Positions 25,854 to 35,109 of a stretch of 40,019 nucleotides of DNA are shown here, piece by piece; position 1 is the first letter of the stretch; each line of letters starts with the position of its first letter. The DNA comes from a virus (taxonomy: Duplodnaviria; Caudoviricetes): positions 1 through 40,019 of IMG/VR virus record IMGVR_UViG_3300032320_001476, one strand, 5' to 3'. Both the position numbers and the translations under genes were made by a program. The notes beneath the pieces were generated by a model. That model was not told the origin of the DNA, did no database searches, and worked only from the letters and a program-made list of their open reading frames with translations.

Positions 25854-27416
25854 TTACTTAATTGCAAAACCCATTTTGCCAACTGGTCTGCGTGTAGCAT
25901 AGAAGTTGCTACTAGCATCCAATCGAATAGTTCCTGTGAACACAGGAGGGTAAATTACTTCAAAGTTGGAGAAGTAAGCGCCGTTGGTCTGTTTACCTTC
26001 TGTGTCTTTAACAGGTTTTTGGACCAAAGAAGTTTTGATCTGTAACATGTTTGATCTTTCCAAAACTGCTTTAAAGAAAGCGTCAGTCTTGTAATTCTTG
26101 TTTACTTGATCTGCTACGGCAGTTGCTACTGCGGCTAATAAATGCCAACCAATTCTGTAGTCGGGTCTAGTATTATCATCTGTGCCTTTATGAACTAGCA
26201 GACCTTTTAAGTCTCCCAATTCTTCGTCACTTACATGAGGCTGATCACTGTCGATAATAGTTAAGATTTCAGCGGCCTGTTCTCCAGTAATAACTCCAAC
26301 AGTTACTCCTAGTTGTAATGCACCAGCAATTGATCCGTTACGTTTCCATTGGCTACTCGCCGCTACATATTTCATATCCGGATCTTTAATGATTTCTACA
26401 ATCTCTAACATCTTATCAAATCCAGGATTGGTTGCTGGATCAAATAAACCTTCGTAACGATCTGGGTAAGTAGAAATGTCATCTACCACACCTGAAACAG
26501 ATGCTTTGGCTCCACCGGCTTTGTCTTTAGAACTTATACGAATAGTAATGTCTTTCTCGCCGCCGTCAAATTTTAAATAACTGTCGTAGAGTTTCTCTGC
26601 GGGATCATTAGGATATTCAATGCCTCGTGCATTTTCAAATTTTAATCCCATGCCTGCTTCTGCCTGTTGCCAAGCACCACTTAGGAATTTCTTTTTAACT
26701 AAAGATACTGGAGCGGCTGTTTCGCCTAAATCAATTTCATAACTCTTTGCAAAGTCTCCAGCACCCGGTATAGGATTAGTACTTCCTGACGATACTGCGT
26801 CTAATAGTTGTACTACCTGTTGTTTAATTTCATTAGATAAATCTTCACGTCCTTGTATGGTGCCTTGTACTTGTACAGAAATATCATCCACAGCAATTTC
26901 TGTGTTAGTTGGAATAATTCCAACTGGTTTTAAATTTGTTAGAGCACGTTGTTGTACACCAGAAATTTTATCTTCTTCTCCAGCCTTACCGCTTAATTGT
27001 ACATAACCTGTTAGATCAGAAAACTGTTTAGTTTGTAAAAAGATTGGATATGCGCCTGGCTTTTTAGCAGGCTTAAGAGCTATCCATGCGATATTCTTTT
27101 TTGATGTTTCGTCTTTGAAAATCATCACTAATGCGGCACCTGCTTTTTCAGGAACACTTAATCCGCCAACAGCAGGAAGTGTCAGTGTGTTAGATACGGC
27201 TACATTGTTGGCCTGCACATAGTCCATAATTTCAGGAACTAGTTCTTGATAATTATCTCGCTTATCTGTGTCTTGCGGAAATACCTGCGAAGCAATCATA
27301 TTAATGACATTGCCGTCTGCATTTTTAAAGGCTACTCTTTTGCCGCGACCTGCTTCTTCAGCACGACGAGCCATGCCGCCTTCGGATTCGATTAAAATAA
27401 ACTCTTTTGCTCTCAT
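25854..27416 (-). CDS. Hypothetical 520-aa late protein, possible internal head protein
   Basis: TAAATA 7 nt upstream; N-terminus MRAKEFILIE; LYDSY...ISSK nuclease-like motif. Confidence 0.7.
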   Translation of the reverse strand: MRAKEFILIESEGGMARRAEEAGRGKRVAFKNADGNVINMIASQVFPQDTDKRDNYQELVPEIMDYVQANNVAVSNTLTLPAVGGLSVPEKAGAALVMIFKDETSKKNIAWIALKPAKKPGAYPIFLQTKQFSDLTGYVQLSGKAGEEDKISGVQQRALTNLKPVGIIPTNTEIAVDDISVQVQGTIQGREDLSNEIKQQVVQLLDAVSSGSTNPIPGAGDFAKSYEIDLGETAAPVSLVKKKFLSGAWQQAEAGMGLKFENARGIEYPNDPAEKLYDSYLKFDGGEKDITIRISSKDKAGGAKASVSGVVDDISTYPDRYEGLFDPATNPGFDKMLEIVEIIKDPDMKYVAASSQWKRNGSIAGALQLGVTVGVITGEQAAEILTIIDSDQPHVSDEELGDLKGLLVHKGTDDNTRPDYRIGWHLLAAVATAVADQVNKNYKTDAFFKAVLERSNMLQIKTSLVQKPVKDTEGKQTNGAYFSNFEVIYPPVFTGTIRLDASSNFYATRRPVGKMGFAIK

Positions 27417-27426
27417 AGTTTAGTAT

Positions 27427-28107
27427 TTAGCGAATTTCAGGGAACAGGCATTCCTGAATAAAAACCCTAACGTCCTCTTCAGTGAGCCCTAAACTAACCA
27501 TTACACGGGGAGTGTGCGGATTGCACTTTTGATTTTGAGCATAGTAATTTTGCTCAAATGTAGTGTCTGCTACTGTGTTGTTTGTTTCTGCTACTGTTTC
27601 TAAGTAGTGTGAAATAGTAGTTTTAGCAAGATCTGTAATCTGCTGTAATTCTGTTTCGTCCTGTACATTACCTGCGGCCACCATACTCTTGCTGAATATG
27701 TTAGTAGCCCATTCAGGCAGGGCACGTTCTCTACGCCATTCTAGTTTGCTAACTTCATCTGCAAACCAATCCATCATGGGGTGATTAGGATCTCCTGCTT
27801 TGCTGTAATCGTGGAAACAGCCAGTAATTTTATTCTTGCCGGCGATAACATCAAAGCCGTAAATTGGTGCTGGGTTGTGTGTATGTGGGAAGATGCAACA
27901 ATGCATCATCCATAGTCCCTTAGTTTCGCGAGCATCAACAACGTCAACGTGAGCCCGCCTATAGCGATCACTAGTCCATACCCTATTAACCCACCCAGGT
28001 TGGTTAAAACGATCCATTCCGGGTTCACTAGTCTCCACGCCTGTGCGATCAAAGTTTTCCTCCAATAGATGTTGTATATCTATCAGTGTATTCCATACCT
28101 TACTCAT
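27427..28107 (-). CDS. pcyX: Ferredoxin-dependent bilin reductase (PcyX/PcyA-like)
   Basis: RRAHVDVVD, MMHCCIFP, PIYGFDVI, FHDYS, WATNIFS, QKCNPHT; next to heme oxygenase. Confidence 0.8.
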   Translation of the reverse strand: MSKVWNTLIDIQHLLEENFDRTGVETSEPGMDRFNQPGWVNRVWTSDRYRRAHVDVVDARETKGLWMMHCCIFPHTHNPAPIYGFDVIAGKNKITGCFHDYSKAGDPNHPMMDWFADEVSKLEWRRERALPEWATNIFSKSMVAAGNVQDETELQQITDLAKTTISHYLETVAETNNTVADTTFEQNYYAQNQKCNPHTPRVMVSLGLTEEDVRVFIQECLFPEIR

Positions 28108-28657
28108 AATCTTTGGCAATCACCATCATCTCTTCAAACAATCTAGCGGCAAAGTCAAAACAAACTTTGGCCTCTTCAGCCATGCTATCATCTAATCGTT
28201 CTCTAAGAATATTTTTAATACGTTCTGGATCATCACCAAACTGATAATATTTGCCACTGCCTGGCACACGCTTGGCAATCATTTGGCCGCCGCTGAGATC
28301 TCCCATGTGACGTACATAAATGTGTGCCATTAATTTTTTAGGATCATTTCCTATACCAAGAATGTATTTTAAATATTCATTGGTTACCGAACACATCTTT
28401 GGTTGTTCGTTTAAATTCTCAACACCCCACAATTCTATAAAATCAGACAGTATAGCAGGACCTCTGCGTAGTTCAGGCATGCCATTTAACAAGCCCAACT
28501 GCATAGCATGTACTTCTAAAATTTCATACTGCGGATGTTGATTTTTTAAGTAGGTTGCGTAGAGTTTTGGATTTATGTTTCCTGAAAATAAAACTTTTAC
28601 AAATGGTTTTGTTTCCGCCCTACGATGTTGTTCTTGTGTTAGTTCTTTTAGGCTCAT
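28100..28657 (-). CDS. hemO: Heme oxygenase
   Basis: LKELTQEQHRRAE proximal His, AHIYVRHMGDLSGGQMI, EEAKVCF. Confidence 0.92.
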   Translation of the reverse strand: MSLKELTQEQHRRAETKPFVKVLFSGNINPKLYATYLKNQHPQYEILEVHAMQLGLLNGMPELRRGPAILSDFIELWGVENLNEQPKMCSVTNEYLKYILGIGNDPKKLMAHIYVRHMGDLSGGQMIAKRVPGSGKYYQFGDDPERIKNILRERLDDSMAEEAKVCFDFAARLFEEMMVIAKDYE

Positions 28658-28962
28658 TCTGAATCCACTTTAATTTGTAAGGGAAATCCTGCCTGACGTG
28701 CAAGATGCGTGGCTTCAACACCTTTTTGTTCAGCAATCTCATAAGTGTAAACACCTACTACAGCAGATCCTTCGTGATGTACGGTTAGCGTAATTTGTTC
28801 AGCATTTTCTCTGGAGTGTTTGAAAACTTCCATCAAAAGTTCAATTACAAACTCAATTGGTGTTTTGTTGTCATTTAAAAATAACACCTTGTAACGCTTT
28901 GGTTCAGAGATGTCAATTTTAATCTTTTCGTCAATTTTAATTTCAGTGTCTGTAATCGCCAT
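28654..28962 (-). CDS. clpS: ClpS adaptor
   Basis: YKVLFLNDNKTPIEFV, VHHEGSAVVGVYTYEIAEQK, GFPL. Confidence 0.92.
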   Translation of the reverse strand: MAITDTEIKIDEKIKIDISEPKRYKVLFLNDNKTPIEFVIELLMEVFKHSRENAEQITLTVHHEGSAVVGVYTYEIAEQKGVEATHLARQAGFPLQIKVDSE

Positions 28963-28995
28963 ATTAGCTCTCCATTGTTAATGATATTTATGAGT

Positions 28996-29011
28996 GGGGG
29001 CCGGAGCCCCC
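28996..29011. terminator. GC hairpin downstream of hsp20
   Basis: GGGGGC-CGGA-GCCCCC; weak U-tail on the minus strand. Confidence 0.45.
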
Positions 29012-29017
29012 GACTTT

Positions 29018-29464
29018 TTATTTCACTTCTTTTACTTCGATTTTACGTGGAAGAAGTGCCTCAGGTACAATTCTCTCAATTTGTATTGTTAACAAACCGT
29101 CCTTGATTTCTGCGGACTTAATTTCCATATGTTCGGCGAGAGTAAATCTACGCTCAAAATCACGGAAAGCCAATCCTCTGTGTAAGTACTCTAGTTGACT
29201 ATCGTCGGTTTCGGCAGTTAAAGCCTTTTCTCCTCTAATGGTCAATTGATCACCTTCCACTTCAACTGAGACCTCTTCTTTACTGAATCCAGCCACAGCC
29301 ACAACTATATTATAAAGGTTTTCACCTTTCTTTTCAATGTTATATGGAGGATAGTTGTTCGAAATCTGATGTGCAAATCTAGTTTCAAAAGTATCAAACA
29401 ATTGGTCAAAACCAATTAAGGCTCTGTTCAGAGCATTTGTATCAAAACGTACTACTTGTGTCAT
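29018..29464 (-). CDS. Small heat-shock protein (IbpA-like)
   Basis: IGFDQLF, NYPPYNI, AVAGF, YLHRGLAFRDFERRFTLAE, DGLL; start reassigned. Confidence 0.95.
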   Translation of the reverse strand: MTQVVRFDTNALNRALIGFDQLFDTFETRFAHQISNNYPPYNIEKKGENLYNIVVAVAGFSKEEVSVEVEGDQLTIRGEKALTAETDDSQLEYLHRGLAFRDFERRFTLAEHMEIKSAEIKDGLLTIQIERIVPEALLPRKIEVKEVK

Positions 29465-29522
29465 TTTATTTTCTCCTTTGTTAAGCAAGAATTAATGCAG
29501 GGCCCCACCCGGGCACCCTACA
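29465..29522 (-). promoter_or_regulatory. ROSE-like RNA thermometer in the hsp20 5' UTR
   Basis: Upstream hairpin, then TCTTGCTTAACAAAGGAGA (UUGCU opposite the SD). Confidence 0.65.
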
Positions 29523-29530
29523 TACAGAGT

Positions 29531-31399
29531 TTAGTTTGTTTCTTTAAACTCTGCGTTGATTGCACCGTCTTCTTGAACAGGCTCAAATGGCTTGTTCTGT
29601 TTAGCCTGTGCAATCGCTTGACTGGCCGCAATCAAGTCGCTGATCTTTTGATTGATAGCGTCTTTATCGTCTCCAGTCAATTCTGTTTGAAGTGCTTTGA
29701 CTGCATCTTCAATTTTTGTCTTGTCTGTATCTGCAACAGTGGTTTCTTTCAAATCGTTTTCCACAGTATTGATCAATGCCTCGGCTTGATTCTTAGCATC
29801 GATTAGTTCACGTGCTTTCTTATCAGACTCTGCATTGGCTTCGGCATCGCGAACCATCTGTTCAATCTGCTCTTTAGATAATCCGCTGTCTGATTTAATT
29901 GTGATTTGATTTTCTTTGCCAGTGTTTTTATCTTTAGCACTAATCTTCATAATGCCGTTGGCGTCAATATCAAATGTAACTTCAATCTGTGGCTGACCAC
30001 GACGTGCAGGTGCAATACCGTCTAGTTTAAATTCACCCAGCATCTTGTTATACTGGAACAATTCACGTTCACCTTGTGCTACTTTGATATCCACTGCTGG
30101 TTGATTGTCTTCTGCTGTACTAAACACTTGACTAGCCTTAGTAGGAATAGTTGTGTTCTTTTGTACAAGTTTAGTAAACACACCGCCCATAGTTTCAATA
30201 CCTAGACTCAGTGGAGTAACATCTAACAATAGAACGTCTGTGCGATCACCGGCTAGTACGCTACCTTGAATAGCCGCACCAACTGCCACTGCTTCGTCTG
30301 GGTTAACGTCTTTACGTGGAGCCTTGCCAAACAGTTTCTCAACTGCCTCTTGTACTTTAGGCATACGTGTCTGTCCGCCAACAAGGATGATTTCATCAAT
30401 ATCACTGGCTGATACGCCTGCATCTTTCAATGCAATACGGCATGGCTCTAAACTGCGTTGAATTAATTCGTCTACTAGACTTTCTAGTTTAGCACGAGTA
30501 ATTTTAACATTCATGTGTTTTGGACCACCAGCATCTGCTGTGATGTATGGCAAGTTAACATCTGTGCTGGCAGAACTTGATAATTCAATCTTGGCTTTTT
30601 CTGCGGCATCTTTTAAACGCTGTAAGGCCAACATATCGTTCTTAAGATCGATACCTTGCTCCTTTTTAAATTCTTCAACCAAGTAATCCATGATACGTTG
30701 GTCGAAGTCCTCGCCGCCGAGGAATGTATCGCCGTTAGTTGACAATACTTCAATCTGTTTGTCACCATCTACGTTGGCAATTTCAATAATGCTTACGTCA
30801 AATGTTCCGCCGCCTAAATCGTATACTGCAATCTTACGATCTGCTTTGCTTTCTTTATCAACACCATATGCCAGTGCGGCCGCAGTAGGTTCGTTGATAA
30901 TACGCAATACTTCTAAGCCTGCAATCTGTCCTGCATCTTTAGTGGCCTGACGTTGTTGGTCGTTAAAGTAAGCAGGCACGGTAATAACTGCCTGTGTTAC
31001 TGCATGACCTAGATAGTCCTCCGCAGTCTTCTTCATCTTGCGAAGAACTTCTGCTGAAATTTGTGGTGGGGCTAATTCCTTGCCCTGTGCGCGAACCCAT
31101 GCATCGCCGTTTTTAGATTCCATAATTTCATATGGCATTAGGTCGATGTCTTTTTGTACGGCCTTTTCTTTAAACTTACGTCCGATTAGACGCTTGGCCG
31201 CATAGATAGTATTTTTGGGATTTGTTACTGCTTGACGTTTTGCACTAGCACCCACTAGTACTTCGTCTGTGGAATAGGCAACGATACTAGGTGTAGTTCT
31301 CGCACCTTCTGAATTTTCGATTACTTTGGAATTTCCCGACTCGATAATGGCTACGCATGAATTGGTAGTACCTAAGTCGATACCGATGACTTTGCTCAT
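29531..31399 (-). CDS. dnaK: Hsp70 chaperone DnaK
   Basis: [33 protein letters not shown]; start reassigned to MSKVIG. Confidence 0.97.
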   Translation of the reverse strand: MSKVIGIDLGTTNSCVAIIESGNSKVIENSEGARTTPSIVAYSTDEVLVGASAKRQAVTNPKNTIYAAKRLIGRKFKEKAVQKDIDLMPYEIMESKNGDAWVRAQGKELAPPQISAEVLRKMKKTAEDYLGHAVTQAVITVPAYFNDQQRQATKDAGQIAGLEVLRIINEPTAAALAYGVDKESKADRKIAVYDLGGGTFDVSIIEIANVDGDKQIEVLSTNGDTFLGGEDFDQRIMDYLVEEFKKEQGIDLKNDMLALQRLKDAAEKAKIELSSSASTDVNLPYITADAGGPKHMNVKITRAKLESLVDELIQRSLEPCRIALKDAGVSASDIDEIILVGGQTRMPKVQEAVEKLFGKAPRKDVNPDEAVAVGAAIQGSVLAGDRTDVLLLDVTPLSLGIETMGGVFTKLVQKNTTIPTKASQVFSTAEDNQPAVDIKVAQGERELFQYNKMLGEFKLDGIAPARRGQPQIEVTFDIDANGIMKISAKDKNTGKENQITIKSDSGLSKEQIEQMVRDAEANAESDKKARELIDAKNQAEALINTVENDLKETTVADTDKTKIEDAVKALQTELTGDDKDAINQKISDLIAASQAIAQAKQNKPFEPVQEDGAINAEFKETN

Positions 31400-31483
31400 A
31401 AAATTTCTCCTTAAAAATAAGCAAGATTTAAATGTGGGCACCTGCCCTATTGTAGAACCCGAAGCATTCTACAAAATTATTTA
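31400..31483 (-). promoter_or_regulatory. TAAATA motif plus ROSE-like leader of dnaK
   Basis: TAAATA 31483-31478, two hairpins, then TCTTGCTTATTTTTAAGGAGA. Confidence 0.6.
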
Positions 31484-31485
31484 TC

Positions 31486-31770
31486 TCAGATGTTTTCGAG
31501 ATTTTGAATATTCGACCACTTTTTTAATTTTTCAATTTTAGCAGTCTGGGCACGTTCGATATTAGTATAACTTACTATATCCATACTTTGCAAAATATCA
31601 ATCATTGCCAGCATATCGCCCAATTCTTCTTCCAAGTGTTCTCTATTAGTTTTGGGTTTGCCTGGTTTAAAATTGTTTAAACCAAAACGACTAATTTTAC
31701 TAACTGCTTGGATTACTTCAGCACATTCTTCTTGTAGAATGTCCATTACTTCTTTGGTTTGTGAGTCCAT
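31486..31770 (-). CDS. MazG-like nucleotide pyrophosphohydrolase
   Basis: EECAEVIQAVSK...LEEELGD acidic motifs. Confidence 0.8.
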   Translation of the reverse strand: MDSQTKEVMDILQEECAEVIQAVSKISRFGLNNFKPGKPKTNREHLEEELGDMLAMIDILQSMDIVSYTNIERAQTAKIEKLKKWSNIQNLENI

Positions 31771-31772
31771 TT

Positions 31773-32009
31773 TTAATACATTTTCTTAGGTAATTGTTGT
31801 TTGCTTACTTCTTTTTGCCAGCGATTTTTTGCCGCAGATTTTTTACGTTTGCGTGTTGTAGTTGGTTTTTCATAGAATTCGCGTTCTTTTAATTCTTGCA
31901 AAAGACCGCTGTCTTGAATTTTCTTTTTGAATCTTCTAAGAGCACGTTCAACAGGTTCTCCGTCTTTAACTGTTACGCCCATGCCTCTAAGTTGTTTATC
32001 TCTCATCAT
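31773..32009 (-). CDS. rpsU: Ribosomal protein bS21
   Basis: VTVKDGEPVERALRRFKK...REFYEKPTTTRKRK. Confidence 0.92.
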   Translation of the reverse strand: MMRDKQLRGMGVTVKDGEPVERALRRFKKKIQDSGLLQELKEREFYEKPTTTRKRKKSAAKNRWQKEVSKQQLPKKMY

Positions 32010-32388
32010 TCTCCTCTTTTAGTTTTGGAAAGTCATAAAATCGATTTTTATTTAGTAGATCCCATCTTGCCTGCATGTTATCACACTTATAATATGTATT
32101 AGGAAGACTCAAAAGATAGCCAAAGAAATGGCATATAGATACAGGACTATTATCCATGTCTATTAAGATATTGTCTACAGAATTGGCTACGGCTAGTAAC
32201 CATTCTATATTATCATCACCAGTCGAATACAGATATATGTTTAGATGTTGATCACAATTAATAGCATAATTGTGTACCGCTTCTTTTAGAATATCGTTGG
32301 GTGTAATTACCAGCATAGTTTGACTCTGATCAAAAATACGATCAGGTGCGGTAATTATTTTGATTTTCTTTGTAGAATTTTCTGCCAT
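31996..32388 (-). CDS. Hypothetical protein
   Basis: Packed ORF overlapping rpsU. Confidence 0.7.
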   Translation of the reverse strand: MAENSTKKIKIITAPDRIFDQSQTMLVITPNDILKEAVHNYAINCDQHLNIYLYSTGDDNIEWLLAVANSVDNILIDMDNSPVSICHFFGYLLSLPNTYYKCDNMQARWDLLNKNRFYDFPKLKEENDER

Positions 32389-32425
32389 ACTGTGTCTGTA
32401 CTTTGTTCTTGATTTTGAACGTAGC

Positions 32426-33826
32426 CTAATCCTTGGTCTTGGTTATCTGACTGTTGTTCTCTTTGACTATGTAGGTTGTCTTTTTTTTTGAATCGTCGGG
32501 TTCTATAACTTCTGTAAGATCGGGTTTGTATCTGTTGCCGGTTACTTCGGATAGATAATCTTTCGGACGCTCATCAGACTCTGCCTTCCATGGAACCTCT
32601 TCGATCATGCCTGTTTCTTTTAACTTTTCCTGATGTTTAAGCGTATCGTCAGGATTTTGTTCCTTCCAAATACGTTTGGCTTCTTTTTCTTTTTCGAGTT
32701 CGCGTTCTGCTTCTTCGATCATTTTGTTCCATTGGTCAAGTGGTATGTCCTCTACCACTTCTATTGGCTTTTCCTCAGGCGCCGTTATATCACCTCCTAG
32801 TGCGGTCGACTGTGTTTCGCTTGGAACTTCTTCTATGTGTGTTTGTATTGGTGTTGTACCCCAGCTCGGTGCTGGATTATATGTTCCTGATGGGAATGGC
32901 CAAAATGCGCTGGGTGTTCCGTAAAATGGTTCTGTTACTTCTTCTGATTCGTTAACTGTCTCTTCAAGTTGGTCGTCGGCATCATCGTAAAATTCTTCTG
33001 CGGCTTTTTCTAGTTCGTGGACAGGTACTTCTAATTCTTCCTCTTCTTGTTTCCTAAACCATTGGAAACTATATTGGCTAGCCAACAATAAAATAACAGC
33101 CAATGGATCAAATACAATAACAATAATAATGATTACCCAAGTAACTGCTTTTTCTAAAACATTGGCATCTGGATTATCACCATAGATAAAGTTGGCGATA
33201 TATTTGATTGGGCCTACTTCTGCTTCAACTTTGCGTACCTCGGCGGCAATGGGTGCTCTCTCTTCGCTAAGGGCGGTAATAGTTTTCTGTTCGGTTGCGA
33301 TCTCGGATTGAAGTCTTGCACGTTCTTTGGCTTGGCCTCGACGAATAGCAACTGCTTTGTCGGCACCTTTTTCATCACTGCTTCGACCCATAACTTGGTC
33401 CACAGCCTCATCCATCTGTTTAAGCGCCTTACGGTTCGCATCAATATTTTCCTTTGCCGTTTTAATCTTTTCATCATATACTGCAATCTTACTTTGAACA
33501 TCGCCACTTACTAGACTTTGGTCACTGTGTGCCTTTGACAAAAAGCCAAAGATACCCATAGAGGTAATCAGCATTAAGATAGCAATAGCGGCTAGCAAAT
33601 AACCTCTAATAAAGTTAGGTGCTCTAGTCCAATTTTGTTTTAACCAAACAGTTGCGGCTAACTTACTAACTTCTAAAGCCACACCCATAACAATAATAGG
33701 AATAACAGCCGCAGAGAAAATGGCCACTAGGCCTGCTACACTGTAATAAATGGCTACAGCGGATATGGTTAATCCGCTGAATAGTGTCAGCCAAGCAATT
33801 AATTTGTCGCTAGTTTGATATCGCAT
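32426..33826 (-). CDS. Membrane-anchored coiled-coil protein with acidic tail; possible -1 frameshift extension to 32355
   Basis: Three N-terminal TMs, coiled coil, TM (IVFDPLAV); in-frame A AAA AAG at 32486-32480. Confidence 0.8.
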   Translation of the reverse strand: MRYQTSDKLIAWLTLFSGLTISAVAIYYSVAGLVAIFSAAVIPIIVMGVALEVSKLAATVWLKQNWTRAPNFIRGYLLAAIAILMLITSMGIFGFLSKAHSDQSLVSGDVQSKIAVYDEKIKTAKENIDANRKALKQMDEAVDQVMGRSSDEKGADKAVAIRRGQAKERARLQSEIATEQKTITALSEERAPIAAEVRKVEAEVGPIKYIANFIYGDNPDANVLEKAVTWVIIIIVIVFDPLAVILLLASQYSFQWFRKQEEEELEVPVHELEKAAEEFYDDADDQLEETVNESEEVTEPFYGTPSAFWPFPSGTYNPAPSWGTTPIQTHIEEVPSETQSTALGGDITAPEEKPIEVVEDIPLDQWNKMIEEAERELEKEKEAKRIWKEQNPDDTLKHQEKLKETGMIEEVPWKAESDERPKDYLSEVTGNRYKPDLTEVIEPDDSKKKTTYIVKENNSQITKTKD

Positions 33827-33836
33827 AATCTAATAT

Positions 33837-34295
33837 TTATCGACGAGCAAACGTCCAAAACTGACTGTCTATTGTTCTACATCCAACTTCTTCATATTCG
33901 CGTTCGCGACCCTCTTTATGAATCAGTGTGACTAGTTTACGACAGACACCGCCTTGTACGTGCCAAGACAATACAGGTTTAATTTTACCCCATGTTGTCT
34001 CTGTGTTATTATACCATTCCATAACTTCACCATCTGGAACGGACTCAAGTGTAAGAATAACAGCATTGGTATGCCTTTTCTTATCTGTATTACTTAGTGC
34101 GCCATCCCAACTTTTTATTAAATTAGAAAATAAGACAACAGCACTATTTGGACTATCATAGTCATTTCTTACGCCGCCAGTTGCACTCAGCGGTGTTCTC
34201 AAATCTGACGCCTGACTAGTTTGATAAGTTAGCAGGGTCAGAAATGTAAACATAACGGCCCGGAGTGTGTGTTTCGCAGACATAATTTCTTCCAT
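33837..34295 (-). CDS. Exported protein resembling the 17-kDa surface-antigen domain
   Basis: Signal peptide; LESVPDGEVMEWYN...CRKL...GCR..W; start uncertain. Confidence 0.6.
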   Translation of the reverse strand: MEEIMSAKHTLRAVMFTFLTLLTYQTSQASDLRTPLSATGGVRNDYDSPNSAVVLFSNLIKSWDGALSNTDKKRHTNAVILTLESVPDGEVMEWYNNTETTWGKIKPVLSWHVQGGVCRKLVTLIHKEGREREYEEVGCRTIDSQFWTFARR

Positions 34296-34554
34296 ATTGA
34301 GTGACTACAGGACGACAGTTTTGGTCTACACCAATTCTTGCCGGTACATGTCGTTCTACAAAATCGTCCGAACATCTCACAGTAGTTTTGCTAGATACTG
34401 TTGAACCATCATTGACTTGGATAGTTTTAGAAGTATTACAAAACTGTGCCGTTTTTGTCGGTGCAGAACTACAGCCTGATAGTAGGACAATAATCAAAGA
34501 CATTAAGATTATTGCCAACCACAGATAGTTCTTTACTGTATAAGACTGTTTCAT
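34216..34554 (-). CDS. Putative lipoprotein
   Basis: Lipobox LSGC and four further Cys. Confidence 0.7.
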   Translation of the reverse strand: MKQSYTVKNYLWLAIILMSLIIVLLSGCSSAPTKTAQFCNTSKTIQVNDGSTVSSKTTVRCSDDFVERHVPARIGVDQNCRPVVTQYGRNYVCETHTPGRYVYISDPANLSN

Positions 34555-35021
34555 TACTGGCCTGCTCGATTTTTAAGAGCGTTGAAACCTTCTTCAGTCA
34601 TTTTCAAACGAACATAGGTGTAATATTGTCCATTGTAGATATATTGATACTTTTTAGATTCTAGTTGATTTTGAATCAAAGTATTGCCTGTAGACGTTTC
34701 AACTTTGGAATGTGTTGACTTACGGTCATCAATAAATTCTACTTTGGTTAAAGAATTTACACGACTACCAATTCGTTTAGCAAAACTATCTAACGCAAAC
34801 GCATCTGCTTGAAGTTCGGATGCCTGTGCATATTGGCTAACCCCCATACCACAGGAGTAGACAAAACCTTCACGTGCCCAGAACCAACCTTCTTTACCAC
34901 GCTGTTCGCAGTCAGCATACCAAGTAGGCTGTGCCGCGGTTTTACGGGTTTCAACTTCTTTAACTGATGCACAACCAACTAAGGTTGCAATCAATGGAGC
35001 AATAATAAGAGCCTTTTTCAT
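34554..35021 (-). CDS. Putative lipoprotein (LPP20-like)
   Basis: Lipobox LVGC, PTWY motif; AGAAAGG RBS. Confidence 0.7.
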   Translation of the reverse strand: MKKALIIAPLIATLVGCASVKEVETRKTAAQPTWYADCEQRGKEGWFWAREGFVYSCGMGVSQYAQASELQADAFALDSFAKRIGSRVNSLTKVEFIDDRKSTHSKVETSTGNTLIQNQLESKKYQYIYNGQYYTYVRLKMTEEGFNALKNRAGQ

Positions 35022-35062
35022 AATGTGCCTTTCTGTGTGTGAAACAATTTACGACAGTTAAA

Positions 35063-35091
35063 AGTATAACACCACCCGAAGGTGGTGTCAA
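35063..35091 (-). promoter_or_regulatory. Sigma70-type promoter whose spacer is a perfect hairpin
   Basis: TTGACA-N17-TATACT; ACACCACC-CGAA-GGTGGTGT at 35069-35088. Confidence 0.7.
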
Positions 35092-35109
35092 CTGGTTTGG
35101 TAATCGAAA

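Noticed and set aside
31400-31441. N-terminal extensions given by the ORF track for DnaK (also AhpD, CspA, rIIB, Hsp20, hydrolase, ErpA)
   Set aside because: Family N-termini and, in most cases, RBS positions support downstream ATGs
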